64,000 nt of DNA from Vampirovibrionales bacterium (lineage in GTDB: Bacteria; Cyanobacteriota; Vampirovibrionia; Vampirovibrionales; JAGQHJ01), in assembly GCA_025449835.1 (NCBI GenBank), contig JANWIO010000166.1, positions 18,967 to 82,966 on the forward strand, given 5' to 3'. Both the position numbers and the translations under genes were made by a program. This document shows, piece by piece, positions 28,999 through 37,315 of the stretch. Within the stretch, counting starts at the first letter, position 1. Each line of letters begins with the position of its first letter. A model generated the notes under the pieces. That model was given only the letters and a program-made list of their open reading frames with translations, was not told where the DNA came from and searched no databases.

Positions 28999-29730
28999 TT
29001 ACAATGGCCGTTTTGCAGGAATCCCTGGCTGCCGAGGATACTTTGCAGGCGTAGATTTAACTTTTTGAATCACGGCCAGTGCATGGTTTTTCAATTCCGG
29101 CAGCGTAATAGGTTCAATCTTTGAGACCTTCCCTCCCATCTCGTGAATGGCATGCTGTGCCAAAGGAATTTCTGTTTCCAGTGAAGTATGGGTTTTCATG
29201 GCATAAAAAGTGCCTCCCGTTTTCAAAAAAGGCAAACACAGTTCCACCAAAACATTTAACGAAGCCACGGCTCTGGCTGTTACTACATCACATTGTTCAC
29301 GATATTTGGGTTCATGAGCCAGGGTTTCACTTCGTTCTGCTAACACCGAAACACCTGCAAGCTCTAAGGCTTCAGCAGCCTGAGTAATAAACCGGGCTTT
29401 TTTTTGAGCCGACTCTACCGCGATGATACGGGCCGGAGGAAAAACAATAGCCAAGGGTAATGCTGGAAAGCCAGCACCGCTTCCAATATCCATCAACATA
29501 AAGGATGATGGTAACGCTTTTAAAAAAGGCACCAGGGTTAAAGAATCCAGGAGATGTAGCGTTCCAAAATCCGCTAACGTGGTAATGCGGGTTAAATTAA
29601 TAGTTTTATTTTCCTGAATAAGTAGATTATACAGGGTTTGAAATTGCTGCATCTGATGCGCATCAAGAGATATGTCTAAAAAAGTGGATGCAGATTCCTG
29701 GAGGACCTGCCAATAACTTGTGAGTTCCAT
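28999..29730 (-). CDS. rsmG: 16S rRNA (guanine527-N7)-methyltransferase
   Basis: GidB-family SAM-MTase motifs (LMDIGSGAGFPALPLAI). Confidence 0.85.
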   Translation of the reverse strand: MELTSYWQVLQESASTFLDISLDAHQMQQFQTLYNLLIQENKTINLTRITTLADFGTLHLLDSLTLVPFLKALPSSFMLMDIGSGAGFPALPLAIVFPPARIIAVESAQKKARFITQAAEALELAGVSVLAERSETLAHEPKYREQCDVVTARAVASLNVLVELCLPFLKTGGTFYAMKTHTSLETEIPLAQHAIHEMGGKVSKIEPITLPELKNHALAVIQKVKSTPAKYPRQPGIPAKRPL

Positions 29731-29823
29731 AGTACAATCATTGTATCGGAATCCAACATTTACAGAAATGAATTATCCCGCCGATACATTGGATACCCAT
29801 TCATCCCCAACCAACAGAAGAAG

Positions 29824-32643
29824 ATGGCTTCAAACAATCTGTTTTTTATCCAACCCCACATTGTAGAGCGGTTAATCCGCCATGAATTTGTTGCCAAACG
29901 GCAGCAGAGTAAAGCTTATCGCATGCATGATAGACGCAATACCCTTTCACCCCTTAATGTTACCCGTCGGGCGATTCGCTATGAACCGTTGGTTTTCACC
30001 AATCGCCACGAAGAACTGGTTGATTGTATACAAACGCTTAATAGCCCAGACACCAAATTGCTTCTCATTTCTGGACCGCCTGGACGTGGTAAAACCAGCT
30101 TTATCCGAGCCCTTTCTGAAATGATGGATGGCAGCAAGGCACAACTTCTTTGGTTCGATGTCTCTAAACATACCGATTTTGATGAGGTAGTCCGATTTTT
30201 GGTCGAATATCTCACCTACATCTGCCGAAGTTTAGAGGAAACTCCGAAAGATGTTCCCAAAGATTCGGATCCTATTGAAATATTGGAACAGCTGTTAAAT
30301 CAAACGGCCAATTTTCCCATTTTAATTGCCATTGATAACATCGAGCATCTCGTCACACCCGATCAAACGGTTCGTTCTAGAGAACTCAAAGAAGCCTTTA
30401 ACTTTTTACTCTCCTTTCCCAACGTCAAACTCATTCTCTCAGGCAAAACCCTACCCCTATCGGATATGAACCCGGCTGCCGAAGCCGTTTACCATTTACC
30501 CTTAGAGCCCTTCAACACGATACAAAGTGAGGCTTTGGTAAAACAGCTTTTTCACCATGACGCAACAAAATCTCAAAACATCACAGAACTGGTCCCTTTT
30601 TTTCACGGCGAACCCTACCTCCTCTTTTTGTTCGCCACGCTTTTTGAGCGTCATGCGAACACGCCTTTATGGTTTGAAACCCTTAGCCAAGCCCCTGATA
30701 ATCCAGAAAAAGTGTTGCTTTCCTTTCTGTACCCCCACCTTTCTGATATCGAGAAAAAGGTTTTAAGAATTTTAGCACTCATTCGCCATGGGGCAACCCC
30801 TTCTGGGCTTCAAGTAATTGTTCGCTACTGTAATCCCACCTTAAAAACCTTTGATTTTAAGCAAATAAACAAATCAATACTCCGGCTTCTCTTTAAAAAA
30901 GTATATCCCCCGCAAATGGTATTGGAAAAGTTAAGACACCGACCAGAAAACCATGGAGAGAATGATACCATTGAAGCGTATTATCAACTTTTTGAATTGG
31001 TGCAAGAAGATATCGTTCAAACGATCCCAGAAGAAGAACGGATTCAAACCCATGAACGTCTGCATCAGTTTTATCTCGCCGAAAAAAATAAGCATATTAT
31101 CGACCGAATTTACCAGACCCGCACCCTACATCTTGCCGCAGAGGCCCAATATCACTTTACCCACAGCAAACGGCGTAGATCCTCGCCAGTTTCTTCAGAG
31201 CCTTTTACCCTTGATTCCATTCATCCTCAGGCAAGTGATGGAATGAGTACACCTGAGCGCTACCTATACATGCAGCACACTGCCCCCCAGCATTTTAGTG
31301 AACTGTCTTCAGAAAAAAGTATTCCGTGGCCCAACTTGGAGACATCAGAAGAGGATGAAGTTTCAGGGGCATATGAAATCACCCAGTCCGTTGGCAGCAG
31401 CCACAAAAAAGGGAAATCGGATTCTGTATCCTCCACCGTCCCCATCTCCATCCAAATTGAGCCTTCTGCCACTTTAAACACCCCAACCGTAAGGCTTACC
31501 GATGAAGATTTAGAGAAATTGGCCCAATTGATTACACGAACAAGCCATCATACTTCATCATCTACCAATCCTTATATACAATCCCACCTAGAACTCCCTC
31601 TTGATACAAAGCCAGAAGCGGTTTTTGATATACCAGAAGCGGAAACGGAAATTTTATCGGATTTAGAAGAAGCGCCTTCCCTAGATCTCGAAGAGCAGGA
31701 AATTCAAAACCGGTTAAGTTACGCGATTACCCAACATGATCGCAAGAAAATTGCAGAAGAACTCCTTCAACTTGGCCGATATCGGATCCAAAAAGGGCTT
31801 TCTGAAAATGGGGAAGCTTGCTTAATCAAAGCCTTAGAGTATGCCGAAGACATCTCTGATACCATCCTACAAGCGGCTATTTATAGTACTTTAGGACATT
31901 CTTATCGAGAACATTTCCAGCACAACAAAGCCTTACGGCATTTAAGAGAGGTAGAACACCTTTATGAAAAGGGCAATAAAAGCGCAAAAGAGCAAGAAGT
32001 TTTGCCTCAGACCTATTGGGACATGGCTGAAATTTATTTTTACCGTAAAGAACTCGAAAAAGCACAATATTTTTATAAAAAAAGCTTGTCGTTTCAGACC
32101 ATTGATACCCCTTTTAAAGCAGAAGTGCTCTTTCGGTTAGCCTTAACATTGGATGATTCCGGAGAAATCGACGAAGCAACCCGTTATTATCGGCAAAGTT
32201 TTGAAGTTAGCTCAGCAATTCATGATAATTATACGTGCGCGGCAACATTGTATAACCTGGCCAGCCTTTATTTCGAACATGCTCAGTTTGAAGAAGCCAA
32301 GAAAACCCTACAAGAGTGTTTGGTTTATGATAAACAAAACGGAATTGAAAAAGACATTCTGCGATCCTTGATCCAACTTTCCAAGATTTGTGAAGCCCAA
32401 CACATACTCCCAGATGCAAAACAATACGCCACTGAGGCCTATGAATTTGCAAAAGGTGCTTCTAATAAAACCAATTTAGCGTCTGTTTGCTTGCACCTAG
32501 GGCATTTGGCCGAAACTGCTCAATCCTGGGAAGAAGCTGCTCGATATTATCAACAAGCTGAATCGGCAGCAAGTGAATTATCAGAAGAAAGCCGCCAACG
32601 GATCCGTCAAAAACAAGAAGCCTTAAAGGATTATCTCTCATGA
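29824..32643 (+). CDS. Large (939 aa) STAND-like P-loop NTPase with an acidic/Ser-rich linker and C-terminal TPR repeats
   Basis: Walker A LLLISGPPGRGKTSF near residue 85 and Walker B-like ILIAIDNIEHL. Residues ~430-640 are low-complexity and acidic. The C-terminal ~300 aa contain multiple TPR-like repeats. TGA stop overlaps the pyrE start. Confidence 0.6.
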   Translation: MASNNLFFIQPHIVERLIRHEFVAKRQQSKAYRMHDRRNTLSPLNVTRRAIRYEPLVFTNRHEELVDCIQTLNSPDTKLLLISGPPGRGKTSFIRALSEMMDGSKAQLLWFDVSKHTDFDEVVRFLVEYLTYICRSLEETPKDVPKDSDPIEILEQLLNQTANFPILIAIDNIEHLVTPDQTVRSRELKEAFNFLLSFPNVKLILSGKTLPLSDMNPAAEAVYHLPLEPFNTIQSEALVKQLFHHDATKSQNITELVPFFHGEPYLLFLFATLFERHANTPLWFETLSQAPDNPEKVLLSFLYPHLSDIEKKVLRILALIRHGATPSGLQVIVRYCNPTLKTFDFKQINKSILRLLFKKVYPPQMVLEKLRHRPENHGENDTIEAYYQLFELVQEDIVQTIPEEERIQTHERLHQFYLAEKNKHIIDRIYQTRTLHLAAEAQYHFTHSKRRRSSPVSSEPFTLDSIHPQASDGMSTPERYLYMQHTAPQHFSELSSEKSIPWPNLETSEEDEVSGAYEITQSVGSSHKKGKSDSVSSTVPISIQIEPSATLNTPTVRLTDEDLEKLAQLITRTSHHTSSSTNPYIQSHLELPLDTKPEAVFDIPEAETEILSDLEEAPSLDLEEQEIQNRLSYAITQHDRKKIAEELLQLGRYRIQKGLSENGEACLIKALEYAEDISDTILQAAIYSTLGHSYREHFQHNKALRHLREVEHLYEKGNKSAKEQEVLPQTYWDMAEIYFYRKELEKAQYFYKKSLSFQTIDTPFKAEVLFRLALTLDDSGEIDEATRYYRQSFEVSSAIHDNYTCAATLYNLASLYFEHAQFEEAKKTLQECLVYDKQNGIEKDILRSLIQLSKICEAQHILPDAKQYATEAYEFAKGASNKTNLASVCLHLGHLAETAQSWEEAARYYQQAESAASELSEESRQRIRQKQEALKDYLS

Positions 32644-33233
32644 GCCAACACACCCAAACCCTGAAAGAGGCCCTCTTTAAACTCCTTCTGGAACATTCCT
32701 TTCAACAGGGAGAATTTACCCTGTCATCGGGCAAAAAATCAAGCTACTACTTAGATGGCCGCATGACCACATTATCGGCCGAAGGAGCCAAAGTGATTGG
32801 CGAAATTCTATATGATTGGATTGCACCTTTAAATGTTGATGCCGTTGGCGGCATGACCATGGGAGCCGATCCCATTGTTACGGCCATCAGCCTCACCAGT
32901 GCGCTCAAAGGAAATCCACTCAATGGCTTTCTCATCCGAAAAGAAGCAAAGGCCCATGGCATGGGACGCCAAATTGAAGGGCATCTTCAGCCCGGGAATC
33001 GGGTTGTTTTAATTGAAGATGTTATGACCACCGGTCAATCTTTTTTAAAGGCTATTGAGGCCGTTCATTATTTTTCATCCGATATTGAAATTGTCCAACT
33101 TATTGCGTTGGTTGATCGAAATGAAGGTGCAACTGAAGTGCTTAAGCCAACTCAGATTCCGGTTCAGGCTCTATTTCCAATTGACGCATTTCTTCAGGCA
33201 CATACTTCTGCCAATTCTCATCCAAGTTGTTAA
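32640..33233 (+). CDS. pyrE: Orotate phosphoribosyltransferase
   Basis: PRPP-binding motif (VVLIEDVMTTGQS) and the conserved EFTLSSGKKSSYYLD N-terminus. Confidence 0.9.
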   Translation: MSQHTQTLKEALFKLLLEHSFQQGEFTLSSGKKSSYYLDGRMTTLSAEGAKVIGEILYDWIAPLNVDAVGGMTMGADPIVTAISLTSALKGNPLNGFLIRKEAKAHGMGRQIEGHLQPGNRVVLIEDVMTTGQSFLKAIEAVHYFSSDIEIVQLIALVDRNEGATEVLKPTQIPVQALFPIDAFLQAHTSANSHPSC

Positions 33234-33552
33234 AGAACTCATGGGCGTCTAAAACATCATCATACCCAATAGGCTCAAAGATAGATAAACGCTCAAGCTC
33301 ATCCGGCGTTAATTCGGGATCTTCGTACTGTTCATTGGAGCGAGATGTTAATTCAGATCCTTCTAAGCCCACCAAGGCGATCCCCATTTGGCGACTACAG
33401 TGTGTGCAATGAACATTCACGACATACACCCCTTTATCGTGGCGAATCAGCTCAATACCCTCAGGTTCCAAGTGCGAAGAACAAAAATTGCAACGCATTC
33501 TTGTAAAAAAGTTTTGTATAATACTAAAACCATCCATGAGTCTGATTTCCAC
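33142..33552 (-). CDS. Hypothetical zinc-ribbon protein (CxxC...CxxC) with an acidic C-terminus; convergent overlap of ~92 bp with the pyrE 3' end
   Basis: Two Cys pairs (CNFCSS, CTHCSRQ). ORF overlaps pyrE 33142-33233 on the opposite strand. Confidence 0.4.
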   Translation of the reverse strand: MEIRLMDGFSIIQNFFTRMRCNFCSSHLEPEGIELIRHDKGVYVVNVHCTHCSRQMGIALVGLEGSELTSRSNEQYEDPELTPDELERLSIFEPIGYDDVLDAHEFFNNLDENWQKYVPEEMRQLEIEPEPESELA

Positions 33553-33676
33553 ACCTCGTATCTCTTATTTTAGTATAGCGCTTTTCCAAAAAATTTTGCA
33601 AAATTATTGATTATTCATTACATTTTTACATATATCTTTAGAGGGAGTGGAACGTCACAGTTTGTCGTGAGTCACC

Positions 33677-34081
33677 ATGAAAGAATATAGTTTTAACTAC
33701 GATGTCCATATTTTTGATACCGATTGTTATGGGGTAGTCTGGCATGGGTCCTACACCAAATGGCTGGAAATGGGACGAGTCAACTTATTTAAGACTTTAG
33801 ATGTTGATATGAAGCAAATGTCAGATGAGCATGACATTATCTTCCCCGTAACTGAGCAGAACATTCGGTTTAAATCACCCGCCCGCTTTGGAGATGTGTT
33901 GCGACTAACCACATGGGCCCGTCTGGATAGCCCAAAGATTATCTTCTTTCAGGAAGTTCGGGATCTGCACAGTGAAAAACTCATTGTAGAAGCCCGAACC
34001 GACATTGTGATGATTAATAGCCAAGGCAAAATGTACCGCCGCTTCCCAGAGGTGCTTCAGGAGAAGTTGAAAAACCTTTAG
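33677..34081 (+). CDS. 4HBT-type acyl-CoA thioesterase (YbgC-like hot-dog fold)
   Basis: N-terminal YSFNYDVHIFDTDCYGVVWHGSYTKWLE resembles the YbgC/4HBT catalytic region. Confidence 0.75.
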   Translation: MKEYSFNYDVHIFDTDCYGVVWHGSYTKWLEMGRVNLFKTLDVDMKQMSDEHDIIFPVTEQNIRFKSPARFGDVLRLTTWARLDSPKIIFFQEVRDLHSEKLIVEARTDIVMINSQGKMYRRFPEVLQEKLKNL

Positions 34082-34117
34082 CACTGAGTGTAGTGATGCC
34101 AGTTATCGAAATACGAT

Positions 34118-34999
34118 TTATCGGAACTCAGATAAAACGCAACTGTCGATGTTTTCAGAGGACTCATCTGCGCCAATAAACACAATTTCTGGTTTTTCTG
34201 ACAGAAGGCCAATTCCGTATCCTCTAAAAAGCAGCAGTCGAACAGCTTTTTGAATTTCTAAATCGACATTCAGCGTCATATCATTTACATACATGCCCAC
34301 AAACCGATCGAGCAAAGATTCATCCAAGTCTTTGGCAAATGATTTTGCATACGCCAAGGCTTCTTCTCGATGTTCGAGACCATGCTGAATGCTGCGTTTT
34401 AAGACCCGTGCAATTTTTTGGCAGGTTTCAGGCCCTAAGTCCCGCCGAACGGCATTTCCCCCTAAGGGTAATGGTAAACTACATTCTTGAAACCACCATT
34501 CGCCCAAATCCACCACTTTATGAAAGCCCTTTTCTCGGTAGGTCAACTGGCCTTCATGGATAATGAGTCCAGCCACATAGGTTCCATCAGCAACTTTGTC
34601 CATAATTTGATTGAAAGGCACCACCTCGGTTTTGGCCTCAGGGTACCAAACTTTTAAAGCCAGATAGGCAGTGGTCATTTCACCGGGGATGGCAATGGTT
34701 TTTCCAGCCAAATCTTCTTTTTTCAAGGGTGTTTTGGCAATCACCACTGGACCATACTTATCCCCAATACTGGAGCCACAGGCTAAGAGTGCATATTTAT
34801 CTTGAATAAAGGGATACGCATAATACGAAATGGCCGTTAGTTCATATTGACCCACTTTGGCAGCTTCGTTTAAGGTTTGGATATCATCTAAATGATGAAT
34901 AAACTTCAAACCTTCCGTATCCACTAAGTCATGGGCTAAGGCCCAAAACATAAACGCATCATCACTATCGGGGCTGTGAGCAACATGAATTTCTTGCAT
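34118..34999 (-). CDS. MqnA/MqnD-family protein (futalosine menaquinone pathway, probably 1,4-dihydroxy-6-naphthoate synthase)
   Basis: VAHSPDSDDAFMFWAL resembles the MqnD HSPCPNDTF signature. Periplasmic-binding-protein-like fold length. Confidence 0.5.
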   Translation of the reverse strand: MQEIHVAHSPDSDDAFMFWALAHDLVDTEGLKFIHHLDDIQTLNEAAKVGQYELTAISYYAYPFIQDKYALLACGSSIGDKYGPVVIAKTPLKKEDLAGKTIAIPGEMTTAYLALKVWYPEAKTEVVPFNQIMDKVADGTYVAGLIIHEGQLTYREKGFHKVVDLGEWWFQECSLPLPLGGNAVRRDLGPETCQKIARVLKRSIQHGLEHREEALAYAKSFAKDLDESLLDRFVGMYVNDMTLNVDLEIQKAVRLLLFRGYGIGLLSEKPEIVFIGADESSENIDSCVLSEFR

Positions 35000-35281
35000 G
35001 GAGAGCCAAACCTTTCTGTCCTATCAAAAACCGTATGACCTACCATAACACAAGCAACCTCCCCAGACGACTCCAAAACACAGTTCGATGATCTCAATCG
35101 GTTTAAACCGATTGACCCATGGATCTCCGCCAAAAGATGGAGATTGAGAATTGATCCTTTAGTCAGTTGATGCATTGCGCAAAACAAAAGATAATGATGA
35201 TGTATAAAAGGCACAGACAGGTTGTTGATGGGTGCCGTGGTCGGATGATGGGAATCATACACAGAGAGAGGATTTGATTTT

Positions 35282-35653
35282 ATGGTTGATGGAATTTCAG
35301 GATCTCACAATAACGGGATTTCAGAATTAAAATCAGGTTTAATTAACCAGAATCAACAAGTTGAGCAGACCAATCAAGAGTCTTCTAATAGCCAACAGTC
35401 TGGTAACGTACTGAATTTGTTTGATCAGGCTGAAATTTCCAGCGATGCCAAAACCCGTTTTCAATCTGAAAAAGAGTTGATGAAATATTCCACCACCGCT
35501 TTTCGCCAAGATGAAGCTTTTAATACCGATAAAGTGAGTCAATTTAAATCCATGTTAGACTCTGGGCGGATTAATGACTACTTAAGTAGCCTCAACCCCA
35601 ATGATTTGGCCAATAACATTTTAAACAGCCCAGCAGCGGCACTGCTTAAATAA
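35282..35653 (+). CDS. flgM: Putative anti-sigma-28 factor FlgM
   Basis: Gln/Ser-rich disordered N-terminus. C-terminal FlgM-like helix region (KVSQFKSMLDSGRINDYLSSLNPNDLANNIL). Intrinsic terminator follows. Confidence 0.55.
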   Translation: MVDGISGSHNNGISELKSGLINQNQQVEQTNQESSNSQQSGNVLNLFDQAEISSDAKTRFQSEKELMKYSTTAFRQDEAFNTDKVSQFKSMLDSGRINDYLSSLNPNDLANNILNSPAAALLK

Positions 35654-35687
35654 GTTTTTCCTATCAACCCGAAAGGAACGGTTAGAT

Positions 35688-35716
35688 ACTCTCGACATCT
35701 TGTCGGGAGTTTTTTA
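35688..35716 (+). terminator. Intrinsic terminator after the flgM-like gene
   Basis: ACTCTCGAC-atctt-GTCGGGAGT (one G-U pair) followed by TTTTTA. Confidence 0.7.
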
Positions 35717-35757
35717 TGACCCTTGCACGCTTTCTCGAACAACCGCATCCAATAAAA

Positions 35758-35783
35758 AACCCTTCTTTTCTCAAAGAAGGGTT
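35758..35783. terminator. Second hairpin (10-bp stem) with T-runs on both strands
   Basis: AACCCTTCTT-ttctca-AAGAAGGGTT. Minus strand reads TTTTTTATT after the stem. Confidence 0.4.
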
Positions 35784-35971
35784 GAATCTTTTTAACGAGA
35801 TCCGAGAAAACAGAGAGATATTCGAGAAGAGAGGAGAAAGTGTTTGTTATTTATATAAAAACAGACTACTTTTCATTCAATGTTAGTTTTTAAAGAATTA
35901 TTTACATTCAATTTCATTTCGGTCTACCCTTATCAATAGACTTTACGAACCACTTCAGGGGAGAACACACC

Positions 35972-36463
35972 ATGATAAATCCGCTTCGATTTGGGGCTAT
36001 CACCGTTGCTCGCATGAAAAACGCGCCGCGTTCTTTTGATCGGGCAATTACGCAGCAAGCCGTGGCAAAATTTCAAGAAGGCATTAATGCCCACCTAAAA
36101 CAGTTAGAAACACAGCATCAAGGGGAAGCAGAATATTATGCAGCAGTTATTCCCTCTCTGTGGTGGGATCAGATGCTCATTGTGGATGGCCCCGAGTTTG
36201 ATCAGTTTGGTCGTGACAGCTTAAGACGACAACAACGAAACTTAAAAGCCATGGAGACCATTGCAAAAACCCAAACCCGTAATCCTCTCCGTTTTGATAA
36301 GAGAGAAGATTTTGAAACGGCTCCCACGCCTCAAATCTACAATTGGTGCGATGCCTATGCCTTAAACATCCCCAATATCAACGAAACAGCAACGGGGCTG
36401 GATCGATTTCTTGTCTCTGAATATTTAGGAAAAGCAACCCAGTATCTAGATATTGAAGTGTAA
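35972..36463 (+). CDS. Hypothetical protein (163 aa)
   Basis: ORF only; no recognisable motif. Confidence 0.4.
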   Translation: MINPLRFGAITVARMKNAPRSFDRAITQQAVAKFQEGINAHLKQLETQHQGEAEYYAAVIPSLWWDQMLIVDGPEFDQFGRDSLRRQQRNLKAMETIAKTQTRNPLRFDKREDFETAPTPQIYNWCDAYALNIPNINETATGLDRFLVSEYLGKATQYLDIEV

Positions 36464-36473
36464 ACGCTATGCT

Positions 36474-37208
36474 TTAATGGCCAAAGACCTTCATCAGCAA
36501 AATACTAAACCCATACAGCGCCACTAAACATACGGCCATCACCGTTTGTGAAAAGGGATCAACCGAAGGGGTTGCCACAGCCGCCAGGAAAAAGCTCATC
36601 ACAATGGCCCATTTCCACTGTTTGAGGAGCTTTGTTGAATTAATTAGCCCCGTAAATGAAATCAACAGCAAAAACAACGGAATTTGGAATAGTAAGCCAG
36701 AGGCAAAGAGAAAGCCCACACAAAAGTTAAGAAAAGAAGCAATACTCAGTTGGTTTTGGGCCACCGATTGCCCATACCCCAGCAGAAAATCCAACATAAA
36801 GGGTAAAATTCCGTAATACCCCACCAAAACACCCACCACAAACAATATAAACCCCAAAACCAGCATGGGCAGAATATAACGTTTTTCTTTGGGCTCAAGC
36901 CCGGGGGAGACAAAGCGAAAAATATGATACAAAATCACCGGCAAAGATAGCCCAATCCCAGCAAATACCGAAAGTTTGAAGCTTGCCAGAAACACTTCTC
37001 CTGGAGAAAGCTGCACAAAAACGGTTTTTGGCGGGACCAAGACCTGTAGTACGTGAATAATGGGATCTGCATACATAAAAGTGACCATGGAGAGAACCAC
37101 AACGGTCACCACACAAAAAATAATCCGGCGACGCAACTCGGCTAAATGCTCTGTAAAGGTCATGGCGTCATGGTGGATTACCGGGGGCTGTTGATTATCC
37201 GCGCTCAT
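36474..37208 (-). CDS. tatC: Sec-independent protein translocase subunit TatC
   Basis: Six TM helices and the TatC N-terminal motif (FTEHLAELRRRII). Confidence 0.85.
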   Translation of the reverse strand: MSADNQQPPVIHHDAMTFTEHLAELRRRIIFCVVTVVVLSMVTFMYADPIIHVLQVLVPPKTVFVQLSPGEVFLASFKLSVFAGIGLSLPVILYHIFRFVSPGLEPKEKRYILPMLVLGFILFVVGVLVGYYGILPFMLDFLLGYGQSVAQNQLSIASFLNFCVGFLFASGLLFQIPLFLLLISFTGLINSTKLLKQWKWAIVMSFFLAAVATPSVDPFSQTVMAVCLVALYGFSILLMKVFGH

Positions 37209-37315
37209 GTAATGTCATCCCAAAAACAATCTGGATTCATTCTCTCCTAGCGCTAATAGCGTAACACAGTTCATTCATGAGAACATATTTTTCCCAATGA
37301 ATGGCCCATAACCCG

